NCBI GenBank assembly: GCA_965237485.1
Contig: CBDEFQ010000006.1
Coordinates: forward strand, 13,407 to 77,406
DNA from: Candidatus Poriferihabitaceae bacterium
GTDB lineage: Bacteria; Pseudomonadota; Gammaproteobacteria; Arenicellales; Poriferihabitantaceae
Direction of reading: 5' to 3'
Length of the DNA stretch: 64,000 nt
Under the pieces are notes generated by a model. That model was not told the origin of the DNA. It saw only the letters and a program-made list of their open reading frames with translations, and did not search any database. Both the position numbers and the translations under genes were made by a program. Position 1 is the stretch's first letter, and each line of letters begins with the position of its first letter. Below are positions 1-10,427 of the stretch, in pieces.

Positions 1-556
1 CGTAGCGAAGCATATTCTGCCCACTTTGTTTTTCCACACCGTGCGATTTGATTCGGTATATTGTCTGCATAAACCGCGCCTGCTCAGCGTCGGGTAGCGT
101 GAAAACCCGCTTGCCTAAATCTTGCAACTTAGGCTGGTACAGCTGTGCCTGTAAGCATCCATCCGCACCGAGTAGGCCAATTTTCTGAATATGCGCAAAG
201 TCCTGCTCAAAGCGACGACAAGTTTCATCAATAATACTCACAAATCGAATCGTTAGCGCATTAATAATCGCTGATTCAAAAGCATGAGCCGTATTACATG
301 GCATGACAATAAAATCAGCACCCGCGGCTTCCAACATTTTAGCCGAGCTAACAAATGACGGTTCTGGCGATGGGCCTTTGCCGGCTATTGCGTGATTGCG
401 ATTAGGTGCTTTGGGGTTATTATCGACGATGCATCTTAAGTGATCTTGATCTTTATTCGCTGGCGTATTGCTCAATATACGCTTACAAAAATCCAGCGTT
501 GCCTCTGGACCCAATCCGCCCAGCACACCAACCGTCTTATCTCTTGATAGCGACAT
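1..556 (-). CDS. Asp/Glu racemase-family protein (aspartate racemase-like); C-terminus lies outside the window
   Basis: Minus-strand ORF with ATG at 556-554. It translates MSLSRDKTVGVLGGLGPEATLDF...DQDHLRCIVDNNPKAPNR...GADFIVMPCNTAHAF, matching the GGMGPxAT and CNTAH motifs of the family. Confidence 0.6.
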   Translation of the reverse strand, partial: MSLSRDKTVGVLGGLGPEATLDFCKRILSNTPANKDQDHLRCIVDNNPKAPNRNHAIAGKGPSPEPSFVSSAKMLEAAGADFIVMPCNTAHAFESAIINALTIRFVSIIDETCRRFEQDFAHIQKIGLLGADGCLQAQLYQPKLQDLGKRVFTLPDAEQARFMQTIYRIKSHGVEKQSGQNMLRY

Positions 557-642
557 GATAAATCTAAAATTATGAGGGTGAAGCCTAACAACAACGGCTC
601 TAGTGCGCCAAGCTTATCTGCTTACAAAGAGAAATTCCGACT

Positions 643-1107
643 TTAAACAACGGGACCTTCGCCTGAGATTAAAGGTTGGTCTACAACCCAAATATAACCA
701 TCTTGATCTATAAGGTGTACTTCTCGCAATCCATGGTCTGGTTGGTCTCTCGGCCCATCAAACACCGTAAAGCCATGGTTGATTGCCCGTTGGGCCGCCA
801 AATCAGGGTCACCATTATGTAATCGAAATTCTGCACCCGCACCGCGAAAAGCTGCGCTGCTGATATGCTTAAGCAATGAATGCTTATCGTAAGTGTGGTC
901 ACTATGGATCAGCCATTGAAAACCATCTTTAACTGCAATTGCAATATCGGGGTCATCATAAACAAATTCCGCTTCCAGTACATGTCTTACGAACACAACC
1001 GCTCGCTGCATATCGCTTACTAAAATATTTAGCGTAAACCCTTTTAAAGAACGGCCAAAATCATCTGACGCCATAAATGGGGTTTTATTATCAGGTCGTT
1101 TTTTCAT
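643..1107 (-). CDS. VOC/glyoxalase-bleomycin-resistance family protein
   Basis: ORF-track protein of small VOC-fold size and composition. I prefer the ATG at 1107 (MKKRPDN...) because the TTG-extended start at 1137 overlaps the ftsZ terminator hairpin. Confidence 0.5.
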   Translation of the reverse strand: MKKRPDNKTPFMASDDFGRSLKGFTLNILVSDMQRAVVFVRHVLEAEFVYDDPDIAIAVKDGFQWLIHSDHTYDKHSLLKHISSAAFRGAGAEFRLHNGDPDLAAQRAINHGFTVFDGPRDQPDHGLREVHLIDQDGYIWVVDQPLISGEGPVV

Positions 1108-1120
1108 TTTAACGAAACTC

Positions 1121-1154
1121 AAAATTCGGCAACCCAAACTCCATTTGGGTTGCC
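1121..1154 (-). terminator. Putative intrinsic terminator ending the dcw operon
   Basis: On the minus strand, GGCAACCCA-loop-TGGGTTGCC forms a 9-10 bp stem followed by GAATTTT. It lies about 90 nt downstream of the ftsZ stop. Confidence 0.45.
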
Positions 1155-1239
1155 ACTTGGGTCTTGGTCAGCTCACAGTAGGCTGTGGCATGCTGAGGTT
1201 TAGCAAACCTACGCAAACTAAACAAAGCCCTTGTAAAGC

Positions 1240-2451
1240 TTAGTCCGCCTGCTGCTGACGCAAAAAAGTCGGGATTTCTAGTTCTGCGAAATCTGGCGAT
1301 CCTGCGCCTCCCACCATACGTGCTCCACCCTCAAAACTATTGCGTGATGGCACTGTTGGCGCAGGTGGCACAAAATCAGCTTGCGCGCGCCGCGAAGCTT
1401 CACCTACCGGCGCTTGATTACGCGCTGGCGCAGCCGTGTTACGCACTGGCTCTACTTCCATCGCTTGCTCTTCTTCGGTTTTGGCTAGTGCTGCTTCTTT
1501 GCCCAAGCCAGTAGCAACCATAGTAACGCGCAGATCACCTTGTGCGTTTGGATCTACCGCTGAGCCAATAACAACAATGGCATCATCTCCAGCAAACTCC
1601 TGCATCATATCGCCAATCTTAGAAAATTCGCCGATGGTCAGATCAGGTCCGGCAGTGATGTTCACTAACAATCCGCCAGCACCGTGAAGATCGGTATCTT
1701 CAAGTAATGGGCTAGAAATCGCCTTACGTGCGGCTTCTTCAGCTCGATTTGCACCAGAGGCGGTTGCGCTGCCCATCATCGCCATGCCCATTTCGGACAT
1801 CACTGTACGTACGTCAGCAAAGTCGACGTTGATCATGCCAGGACGCGTGATCAACTCTGAGATACCCTGAACGGCATTCAATAGCACTTGATTGGCTTCT
1901 GCAAAAGCGTCAATCATCGATGCGTCGCTGCCCATATGCTCAAGCACTTTTTGATTTGGAATGATAATCAAAGAATCCACTTGGTCTTTAAGTTCTTGCA
2001 ATCCCGTCTCAGCTAGCGCCATGCGCTTTTTGCCTTCAAAATTAAATGGCTTAGTAACTACAGCAACGGTCAATATGCCTTTTTCTCGAGCCAATTCGGC
2101 GACAACAGGCGCGGCTCCGGTACCCGTTCCGCCCCCCATGCCAGCGGTGATAAATAACATATCAGCGCCTTCAATCGCCTCGGCAATACGGTCACGGTCC
2201 TCCATCGCCGCTTGCTTGCCAATGTTCGGGTCAGCACCCGCGCCTAACCCTTTGGTTAGGGTATCCCCTAACTGCAAGGTGGTGTCCGCACTGGAGCGCT
2301 CTAGTACCTGGGAATCGGTATTGGCATTAATAAAATCTACTCCTTCGATGTTATCTTTCATCATGTGATCAACGGCATTACCGCCACCGCCTCCCACACC
2401 GATAACTTTTATAACGGCCTGAAGACCGACTGTATCCACTAACTCAAACAT
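1240..2451 (-). CDS. ftsZ: Cell division GTPase FtsZ
   Basis: 403 aa with [12 protein letters not shown] and the tubulin signature [15 protein letters not shown]. It is the last gene of the dcw cluster. Confidence 0.97.
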   Translation of the reverse strand: MFELVDTVGLQAVIKVIGVGGGGGNAVDHMMKDNIEGVDFINANTDSQVLERSSADTTLQLGDTLTKGLGAGADPNIGKQAAMEDRDRIAEAIEGADMLFITAGMGGGTGTGAAPVVAELAREKGILTVAVVTKPFNFEGKKRMALAETGLQELKDQVDSLIIIPNQKVLEHMGSDASMIDAFAEANQVLLNAVQGISELITRPGMINVDFADVRTVMSEMGMAMMGSATASGANRAEEAARKAISSPLLEDTDLHGAGGLLVNITAGPDLTIGEFSKIGDMMQEFAGDDAIVVIGSAVDPNAQGDLRVTMVATGLGKEAALAKTEEEQAMEVEPVRNTAAPARNQAPVGEASRRAQADFVPPAPTVPSRNSFEGGARMVGGAGSPDFAELEIPTFLRQQQAD

Positions 2452-2481
2452 ATTTCACCTCTTTGGTTGCCACATTAAAAA

Positions 2482-3714
2482 TCAGAAACTGCCCTTGAAC
2501 CAACTTTTCATTCGGCTCAAGACGTCAGAAAACTTACTGGTACGCAATTGCCTGCTATTTGCAGAGTTTTGCTCTTTGTGTCCAAACTTGACCAAGCCCG
2601 TACCAGTCGCAAAAACCGGACTAAAAACCACTTCACTTAAACTGCCATCGTATTTAGGTAAGCCTAAACGTACTGGCATATGGAACACTTCCTCTGCCAA
2701 TTCAACCGCATTCTCCAGTTTGGAGCTGCCGCCGGTAATGACGATAGAATTGACTATTTCTTCAAAACCGCAGCGCCTTAACTCGCCTTGCGCGAGTACA
2801 AATATTTCTTCCATACGCGGCTCAATCACTTCTGCCAGGTTATGCCTAGAGAGCTTACGAGAAGGCTTGCCTCCAATACTCGGCGCATCAACACTTTCAG
2901 ATGCACCCACTTGACTAACTAGGGCACAGCCGTATTTTTTCTTCAGTTCTTCGGCAGCTTGGGTGGGAGTTTGTAGGGCGATAGCGATGTCGTTGGTAAT
3001 CTGATCTCCGGCAATGGGAATAACTGCGGTATGCTGGATGGTGCCGCCGTGAAAGATGGCAATATCAGTCGTACCACCACCAATATCAATCATGCACACA
3101 CCCAAATGGCGCTCATCATCGGTTAGCACGGACTCGCTGGAAGCGAGTTGTTCTAAAATAATATCATCAACCTGTAAGCCGCAGCGTTTTATGCACTTTA
3201 CGATGTTTTGCGCAGAACTCACCGCACCTGTAATGATGTGCACCTTCGATTCTAAGCGCACTCCGCACATCCCTAAGGGTTGCTTAACTTCGTCTTGACC
3301 ATCAATAATGTAGTCTTGGGGCAGCACATGCAGAATCTGCTGGTCTTTAGGAATCGCCATCGCCTGAGCCGCTTCTATCACTCGGTCCACGTCGTCTTGC
3401 CCTACTTCGGCATCGCGAATCGCTACAACACCGTGAGAATTAAAGCTGTTGATATGTGCACCCGCAATGCCTGCATAGACTGAGAATATTTGACAGCCTG
3501 CCATCAACTCCGCCTCCTCGACAGCACGCTGTATGGAAGAAACGGTTGATTCGATGTCGGCTACTACACCGCGCCGCAAGCCCTTTGAAGGATGATGGCC
3601 TACACCAATGATTTCTAACTTACCCTCGTCGTTCTCTTCGGCAACAATTGCCAGCACTTTAGAAGTACCAATGTCTAGGCCAACGATCAAATTGTTGTCA
3701 GTCTTTTTAACCAT
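2482..3714 (-). CDS. ftsA: Cell division protein FtsA
   Basis: 410 aa with actin-fold phosphate motifs LDIGTSKV and DIGGGTTDIA. It sits between ftsQ and ftsZ. Confidence 0.95.
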   Translation of the reverse strand: MVKKTDNNLIVGLDIGTSKVLAIVAEENDEGKLEIIGVGHHPSKGLRRGVVADIESTVSSIQRAVEEAELMAGCQIFSVYAGIAGAHINSFNSHGVVAIRDAEVGQDDVDRVIEAAQAMAIPKDQQILHVLPQDYIIDGQDEVKQPLGMCGVRLESKVHIITGAVSSAQNIVKCIKRCGLQVDDIILEQLASSESVLTDDERHLGVCMIDIGGGTTDIAIFHGGTIQHTAVIPIAGDQITNDIAIALQTPTQAAEELKKKYGCALVSQVGASESVDAPSIGGKPSRKLSRHNLAEVIEPRMEEIFVLAQGELRRCGFEEIVNSIVITGGSSKLENAVELAEEVFHMPVRLGLPKYDGSLSEVVFSPVFATGTGLVKFGHKEQNSANSRQLRTSKFSDVLSRMKSWFKGSF

Positions 3715-3723
3715 TTCGTAACT

Positions 3724-4521
3724 CTATTGTTGGTTCTCTAAAGCTTGGGCATTCCATTTAATGGAGAAACCACTTGGATAGCGTAAATCAACCCGCTCAA
3801 TTGAGCGAGGATGATCGATTAATTTCTGGCGAATACTTTTCAGAAAACTGTCTAATTGCGCCGAGGAATTGGATTGCAGTAATATCATTTCAAACGGATC
3901 GACGTCGGTTTGGCCCAGCACCTCGACTTTTAAGGTCCATAGGTGCTGTGCGCTCAAATGCAGCTGCGTTAAACGCAGACCTTGCTTCGAAAATGCAGGT
4001 GCCCACGCGTGAAATTGACCATAGATATATTCAAGTTGGTCCTTCGGCCCGGATAAGCTCGGCAACCAATGCTCTTTGGACAGCGGTAATTCAACCAACC
4101 TGCCTTTAGTCGTCAGCGATAAACCCCCTTCCCATCGCGCAACTGGCTTATGCTCCGTTACATCTATCATCAGGGTATCTGGCCAACGCCTGCGAATACT
4201 GACTTCATCAACCCAAACAAAATGGTCCATAACTTCTCGGATCGCCGGCATATCTATAGAGAAATAATTCCCCGCTAGCGCTTCGCTTACGGCTTCCTTT
4301 AACTCGATCTCATCAACATGCTGTGGGTTGCCGAAAAGTGTCACTTCCTTAATCTGGAAATCGTCTGGCTTATATAGACGATCAACTAACAATCCTAAAG
4401 AAAGCCCTACAATAATAAGCGCCGTAACGCCGACGAGTAAGCGAAAAAACACACTCGTATTGCGCGACTCAGGCGTAGAGTTGCCCATGGTAAAGCCGCT
4501 TGCGTTCAATGCCAGCGCCAT
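3724..4521 (-). CDS. ftsQ: Cell division protein FtsQ
   Basis: About 265 aa with one N-terminal TM helix (FFRLLVGVTALIIVGLSLGLL) and a POTRA-like region. The ATG at 4521 overlaps the upstream stop as TGATG. Assignment is also supported by position upstream of ftsA. Confidence 0.85.
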   Translation of the reverse strand: MALALNASGFTMGNSTPESRNTSVFFRLLVGVTALIIVGLSLGLLVDRLYKPDDFQIKEVTLFGNPQHVDEIELKEAVSEALAGNYFSIDMPAIREVMDHFVWVDEVSIRRRWPDTLMIDVTEHKPVARWEGGLSLTTKGRLVELPLSKEHWLPSLSGPKDQLEYIYGQFHAWAPAFSKQGLRLTQLHLSAQHLWTLKVEVLGQTDVDPFEMILLQSNSSAQLDSFLKSIRQKLIDHPRSIERVDLRYPSGFSIKWNAQALENQQ

Positions 4522-5419
4522 CAAGCCCTGTCCCCTACAAAGTTGATTAAGGAACTTAACTCAATATCAAACTTGCGTTTGACTACCTGTTGACCGTGAT
4601 GAACTAAATTTTCTACATCTGCGACACTGGTACTCTTTGATATAGCCAATTGGTTTGGCTTTAGTTGATTAAACCCAGCACCGCCCACTTTAAATCCGGC
4701 CAAGCCCGATTTTTGTAGTAAAGCCTCGGGATCGACCTCACTTGAATGCTGATAAATACCAGTTGGTGCGACCTTTTTATTGGTAACACTGCTATGTACT
4801 CGCTTAATTATGGACAACACCTTTGAGTGCTTTTGATCCGGACGCGAAAATGCAAACTCTACGCCAATTATCCAAGCTTGTTTGTTGGCGTCGCTAGTCC
4901 AGAGCTTATCTTGCAGCTCGGCCAATTCACACCAGCTTAAATCACCATCTCGATCAACGCATTCCAAGCGTTTTATGGTGTGCCATTTGTCCAATTGTGT
5001 GGCGCTCATAGCAATTGCACCACCAAGGGTGCCAGGCGAAGAAGCTAAGAAATCAAGGCCCTCTATACCTTTAGACGAGCAAAACCGCACTAAGGTCGCG
5101 TTCTCAATACCTGACTCCACGTATAGGCTTTCAGCTTTTTCTGACCAGCTAATCGCAGACAAACCCTCGCTGGGACTCAGTGTTACGCCTTTAATCCCGC
5201 CATCACGCACTAAGGTATTATTTCCTGAACCTAACCAAAAAATAGGAATATTTCCGGGCAGCTGACACATCAATTGCACCACCTCGGTTTTACCCATTGC
5301 GGGGAAATAACATTGTGCCTGCCACCCACGTTCCAGCGAGAGTGTTTTCCCATCGGTTCGTTGTGCACCAAGGCACCGTCTAAAAAGCTGTCTATACTTT
5401 TTTGCTTTACCGTAAACAT
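4521..5419 (-). pseudogene. murB: murB-like (UDP-N-acetylenolpyruvoylglucosamine reductase homologue), frameshifted and with degenerate catalytic motifs
   Basis: The N-terminal ~40 codons (MFTVKQKSIDSFLDGALVHNEPMGKHSRWNVGG...) start at ATG 5419 in one frame. The remainder (GKTEVVQL...LGSGNNTLVRDGGIKG...PGTLGGAIAM...) runs to 4521 in another frame. The switch falls near the T/C run at about 5291-5300. Confidence 0.7.
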
Positions 5420-6801
5420 AGGCCCTCCGTTACTAATGATTGTGCGTAACGACCTATATCGCCCGCACCTAAGCACAACAGAACATCATTATCTTTAATT
5501 TGATGCGCAACGACTGAACTTGCCTCATCGAAATTTTCAACAAACACCGGTTGTCCGCCCCGCGCTCGTACAGCATTTGACAAGGCTCTGCCATCAGCCC
5601 CAACACGCGGCGATTCTCCAGCCGCATACACTTCCAATAAAATTAAATTCTCTTGCTCACTCAGCACTTTGGCAAAATCATCAAATAATTCTTGGGTGCG
5701 AGAAAACCGATGCGGTTGAAATAATGTGATGATGTTTTTATCTGGCCAACAATCTTTCGCGGCGGTAAAAGTTGCGGCTAGCTCCCGTGGATGATGTGCA
5801 TAATCATCAACCACCAACACGTTCTTGTTCGCGCTAAGTGTTACCTCGCCAAGCAGGCTAAAACGCCGAGCTATGCCTTTAAATTCGGTTAATGCCGCTC
5901 TTACATCTTGATCGTCAATCCCCAACTTGGAGGCCACAGCAATTGCGACTAATGCGTTGAGCACATTGTGTTTACCAGGCATTGCCAATGAAAACTGACC
6001 AACATTTTGGCCATAGCGCACTACATCGAAATGGCTTATATGCCCATCTTGTTTAAAATTAGTCGCTTGCACATCAACGCCTTCGTCAAAGCCGTAAGAC
6101 ATAATTCGCCGGTTGACCTTCGGCGCCAATTTACGCACCACTGGATCGTCGAAACATAAAATTGCTAATCCGTAAAACGGAAGGCGATGCAAGAACTGCA
6201 CAAAAGTACGCTTTAACTTGGCAAAACTATTTTCATAGGTTTGCATGTGATCAAAATCTATATTCGTGATCGTGGCAATCATCGGGGTGAGTTGTAAAAA
6301 CGAAGCATCGCTCTCATCTGCTTCTGCCACCAGAATTTCGCCCTGGCCTAGACGCGCATTCGAATCAACGCTATTGACAATGCCGCCAATCACAAAAGTT
6401 GGGTCTAAGCCTGCCTTGATAAGCACGCTGGAGACCAAACTGGTGGTGGTAGTTTTACCGTGCGTTCCAGCAATCGCAATGCCTTGCCTAAAGCGCATCA
6501 GCTCCCCCAGCATTTCTGCCCTTGGCACCACTGGGATGTTATTTTCGCGGGCAAAAACCACTTCGGGGTTTTGCGGATCAACCGCACTGGATGTCACCAC
6601 CACGTCCGCCGATTGGCTGTTCTCAGCTGCGTGACCAAGCATAGTCTTAGCGCCTAATTTAGCTAAGCGTTTCAACTCTGGTCCGTCGCGTAAATCAGAG
6701 CCTGTCACCACATAACCTTGTTCCAGCAAGACTTCAGCAATGCCGCTCATACCAATGCCGCCGATGCCTACGAAATGGATGTGCTTTACGAACTCACGCA
6801 T
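5407..6801 (-). CDS. murC: UDP-N-acetylmuramate--L-alanine ligase MurC
   Basis: Contains HFVGIGGIGMSGIA and the GTHGKTTTTS P-loop. The ATG at 6801 (MREFVKHIHF) overlaps the murG stop as ATGCGTGA. The longer track ORF start at 6861 is unlikely. Confidence 0.93.
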   Translation of the reverse strand: MREFVKHIHFVGIGGIGMSGIAEVLLEQGYVVTGSDLRDGPELKRLAKLGAKTMLGHAAENSQSADVVVTSSAVDPQNPEVVFARENNIPVVPRAEMLGELMRFRQGIAIAGTHGKTTTTSLVSSVLIKAGLDPTFVIGGIVNSVDSNARLGQGEILVAEADESDASFLQLTPMIATITNIDFDHMQTYENSFAKLKRTFVQFLHRLPFYGLAILCFDDPVVRKLAPKVNRRIMSYGFDEGVDVQATNFKQDGHISHFDVVRYGQNVGQFSLAMPGKHNVLNALVAIAVASKLGIDDQDVRAALTEFKGIARRFSLLGEVTLSANKNVLVVDDYAHHPRELAATFTAAKDCWPDKNIITLFQPHRFSRTQELFDDFAKVLSEQENLILLEVYAAGESPRVGADGRALSNAVRARGGQPVFVENFDEASSVVAHQIKDNDVLLCLGAGDIGRYAQSLVTEGLCLR

Positions 6802-7873
6802 TGAGCACCTCCTCGCAAATATCTGCGACCACTGTGGTTGCGTCGAGACGAGCATGGCCACGTGCCTTGTTCGCCATGGCGACTAATTTGTTACGGTCGG
6901 AAGCAAACTCTTGCAACAGATGTAGCCAGTCGCCTTGTTCAAAATCAGCTTGGCGAAAACAAAATGCCGAACCATCTTGCGCCAGTTCTTGTGCGTTAAA
7001 CCACTGGTGGTCATCGATCGCGTGTGGATAAGGAACAAAAATAGCCACGGCGCCTGCACCAGCAACTTCGGCAACGGTCATCGCCCCACTACGGCAAATT
7101 ACGATATCCGCCCATGCATATTGCTCAGCCATATCGTCAATGAATTCGAATACTTCGGCCTCAAGCTCAAGTTGTTGATAAGCCTGCGCTACTGGCTCCC
7201 TGCGCTGCTTTCCTGATTGGTGTCGAATGCACAAAGCCGTATTCTCACTAGCTTGCTTAAACAGCGTTGGTAGCACATTGTTAAGTACCTGCGCGCCTAA
7301 ACTGCCCCCTGTCACCAGTACGTTTAAACTTAAAGCTTCGGTTCGATTCGCTAACCGAACTGACGGCGCTTGCATTTCGCTAAATGCGGCTCCAATCGGG
7401 TTTCCTGTATGTTGATTATCAGTAATACCCTTTGCTACGCTAAAACCTGAAAGCCTTTTTACTGCCTTGGTAGCCAGTAATTTATTGGTGGTGCCGGCTA
7501 CCGCATTTTGTTCATGAATGACCAGTGGCTTGCCTAACATCCAACCCACTAGGCCGCCAGGGCCAGAAGCAAAACCACCCATACCGAGTAAAGCATTGGC
7601 TCTACTACTGATAATTATCTTCATGGCTTGCAGTGCAGCACTCATTAAAACAAATGGCGCAATTAACTTACGCAACCAACCCGTGCCGCGTAGACCTTGT
7701 ACTGTAATCGTACGTAGTTCAAAACCAGATGATGGCACTAAGCTCGCTTCTATGCCGCTGCGCGTTCCCATCCATACTATGCGCACTCCTCGACTGCGCA
7801 GTTCTTTGGCCACGCTCAATGCTGGAATAACATGCCCGCCGGTACCGCCCGCCATGACCAGTAAGGTTTTCAT
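6794..7873 (-). CDS. murG: Lipid II glycosyltransferase MurG
   Basis: 359 aa with the N-terminal MAGGTGGHVIPAL motif. Position in the dcw cluster supports the call. Confidence 0.93.
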   Translation of the reverse strand: MKTLLVMAGGTGGHVIPALSVAKELRSRGVRIVWMGTRSGIEASLVPSSGFELRTITVQGLRGTGWLRKLIAPFVLMSAALQAMKIIISSRANALLGMGGFASGPGGLVGWMLGKPLVIHEQNAVAGTTNKLLATKAVKRLSGFSVAKGITDNQHTGNPIGAAFSEMQAPSVRLANRTEALSLNVLVTGGSLGAQVLNNVLPTLFKQASENTALCIRHQSGKQRREPVAQAYQQLELEAEVFEFIDDMAEQYAWADIVICRSGAMTVAEVAGAGAVAIFVPYPHAIDDHQWFNAQELAQDGSAFCFRQADFEQGDWLHLLQEFASDRNKLVAMANKARGHARLDATTVVADICEEVLNA

Positions 7874-9057
7874 CGCTTACCTCGCGACGTTACGGTAGCG
7901 CTTACAATACTACCTCGGTTTGCCCTATCTACACAAAATAGCAATCCGATCGCCACCATGCTAATAACCATACTGCTGCCACCCGAACTCATCAGCGGTA
8001 AATTTAAGCCCTTGGTTGGCAACAAGCCCGTGCTAACGCCGACATGAATAGCAGCATTAAAAGTAAGCAACATACCAATACCATAGGCCAAATAGGCATT
8101 AAATCGTTGCGTACGTTGCATCGCGATAGAGGCAATTGCAAACGCGCGCCACAGCAACATCGCAAACAATCCCATCACCAAGAAAATACCAATACTGCCC
8201 AGCTCTTCTCCGATGATAGCGATTAAAAAGTCATTTTCTGCGTGTGGCAAATAATTTAGTTTCTGCAGACTATTGCCTAAACCTACGCCGAACCAACCGC
8301 CTCGCCCAATCGCCATTAACGATTGAGTCAGTTGAAAGCCTTTATCAAATGGATCAGCCCATGGGTCTTTAAACACCATTAGTCGCTCTACGCGATAGGG
8401 CTCTAGGTAAGCAATTAGTGCCATGCCCACCGCAATACATAAGAACACCGTTACGAAGTAGCCTATGCGCACCCCAGCTAAATACATCAAGCCAGCGGTG
8501 GTCGCTAAAATTACCACGGTGCTGCCAAAATCTGGTTGAACTAGCACCAGAGCGCAAACGATCATAATCGGCAGCCCGACGTTGAACACACCTACTTTAA
8601 ATAGATGAATATTGCTATTTTTACGTGCGTAGTAGTCGGCGATATACATCAAGCTAAGCAATTTTATCAGCTCCGCTGGTTGCAATCTCACACCTAAAAC
8701 ATCGAGCCATCTGGTACTGCCGTTTACTTCCACACCGACACCCGGAACAAACAATAGAGCAAGTGAAATAATTCCCAATACCAACAGCGTCTTACTCATT
8801 GTTTGCAACCAATTTAGGTGTACGAAGCGGATGATAGTGAGCATCAAAGCAACGCCCACCGCGACATGCAGGCCATGCTTGAGGATATGTACGGTGTGTA
8901 GCTTGAATTCACCACCACCCTTCGCTATCCCTGTAGAGAACACCATGACCAAACCAAGCAAAAGTGCGCTACTTACTACCACCGTCAGCCAGAAGTCCGC
9001 ACCATCGGTATTGACACTACGCGCAGCATTTAGGTTTGTTCCGACCGCACTGTTCAT
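7870..9057 (-). CDS. ftsW: SEDS peptidoglycan polymerase FtsW
   Basis: 395-aa polytopic membrane protein lying between murD and murG. Confidence 0.9.
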   Translation of the reverse strand: MNSAVGTNLNAARSVNTDGADFWLTVVVSSALLLGLVMVFSTGIAKGGGEFKLHTVHILKHGLHVAVGVALMLTIIRFVHLNWLQTMSKTLLVLGIISLALLFVPGVGVEVNGSTRWLDVLGVRLQPAELIKLLSLMYIADYYARKNSNIHLFKVGVFNVGLPIMIVCALVLVQPDFGSTVVILATTAGLMYLAGVRIGYFVTVFLCIAVGMALIAYLEPYRVERLMVFKDPWADPFDKGFQLTQSLMAIGRGGWFGVGLGNSLQKLNYLPHAENDFLIAIIGEELGSIGIFLVMGLFAMLLWRAFAIASIAMQRTQRFNAYLAYGIGMLLTFNAAIHVGVSTGLLPTKGLNLPLMSSGGSSMVISMVAIGLLFCVDRANRGSIVSATVTSRGKR

Positions 9058-10424
9058 TTCTGGCTATCCTTTTGTATGGCGTGGACAGCGGCTTTAAACG
9101 CATCTCCCCGCGCCATAAAGTTTGCAAACATATCAAGGCTCGCGCAGGCCGGCGAAAACAACACTACATCACCGGATACCGCTAGGTTCGCCGCTAAACT
9201 AACGGCTGATTCAACATCCAGTGCTCGGTGACAATCAATGAGGCCCTCAAACGCAGCTTCAATTAATGCAGCATCTTCACCCAACAAGATGACCGAACGC
9301 ACAGATTCGTCGATCGAGATTCGCAGCGCACTAAAATCAGCTCCTTTACCCCTACCGCCCAATATCAAAACCTTGGGCTCACTAATGCCGCTAATCGCAG
9401 CGATGGTCGCCCCTACGTTGGTGCCCTTGGAATCGTTTATCCACAGAATGTCATTAATGCTTGCTACGACCTCGCAGCGGTGCGGCAAGCCAACAAACTG
9501 GCAAGCCGCATCTATAACGTTGGCAGATAGCTTCACCCCAGTTCGATCAACTATCGCCAGCGTGGCCATCACATTGGCCCAATTTTGCCTACCCTTCAAT
9601 TTGAGATTACTGACGTCAATCAACTTGGTTTCGCCTTTAACGATCCACGTAGTTGAGCCATTTTCTAATAAGCCGAAATCAACGTCATTCGACGGCTGAT
9701 TTAAACCAAAGCTTTGTGTATTAGAGCCATAAATACCTGGCGCTGTTTGGTCATCACGGTTCACTACTTCGTATTTGGTGCCCCTATAAATCGTTGACTT
9801 CGATTTAGCATAATCGCTGAAACTAGCGTATCGATCTAAATGATCTTCAGAGACGTTCAGTACCGCCGCTACTTCTGCGTTTAATACGTCGGTCGTATCA
9901 AGTTGAAAGCTGGAAAGCTCCAGAACATAAAAATCAGGGTCAGATTGCTTAAATAGATCGAGCGCAGGAATACCAATGTTGCCCCCTAGTAAGGATGTTT
10001 TACCTGATGCATTGATCATCAAATCCACCAGTGTGGCGACCGTACTTTTGCCGTTAGAGCCGGTGATTGCAAGGATAGGAGCCACCGCGTAATCCGCGAA
10101 CAATTGAATATCACCCAGCACTTTAGTTTGCGTACCCACTAAGTTGGCTAGATTCAATTGATCAGCCCCCACTCCTGGACTGACTACCACTAAATCTGCA
10201 GTGCGCAAAGTGTGTTGATCTAATCCACCCGTCACCAGCCTGGCATTTGGGAACAGTGCTTGTAGTTCTTGCTTATTGGGCGGGTAATCACGGGTGTCCA
10301 TGGCGATCAACTCAGCAGTTGAATCACTAAAAAAACGCATTACCGATTGCCCAGTTAGGCCAAATCCAATTACGGCAACTTTTTTGAAAAGTGGCAACCC
10401 GGCCTGATTCATCGCAACGGTCAC
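9054..10424 (-). CDS. murD: UDP-N-acetylmuramoylalanine--D-glutamate ligase MurD
   Basis: 456 aa with the ITGSNGKSTV P-loop. Cluster position supports the call. Confidence 0.92.
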   Translation of the reverse strand: MTVAMNQAGLPLFKKVAVIGFGLTGQSVMRFFSDSTAELIAMDTRDYPPNKQELQALFPNARLVTGGLDQHTLRTADLVVVSPGVGADQLNLANLVGTQTKVLGDIQLFADYAVAPILAITGSNGKSTVATLVDLMINASGKTSLLGGNIGIPALDLFKQSDPDFYVLELSSFQLDTTDVLNAEVAAVLNVSEDHLDRYASFSDYAKSKSTIYRGTKYEVVNRDDQTAPGIYGSNTQSFGLNQPSNDVDFGLLENGSTTWIVKGETKLIDVSNLKLKGRQNWANVMATLAIVDRTGVKLSANVIDAACQFVGLPHRCEVVASINDILWINDSKGTNVGATIAAISGISEPKVLILGGRGKGADFSALRISIDESVRSVILLGEDAALIEAAFEGLIDCHRALDVESAVSLAANLAVSGDVVLFSPACASLDMFANFMARGDAFKAAVHAIQKDSQK

Positions 10425-10427
10425 GGC

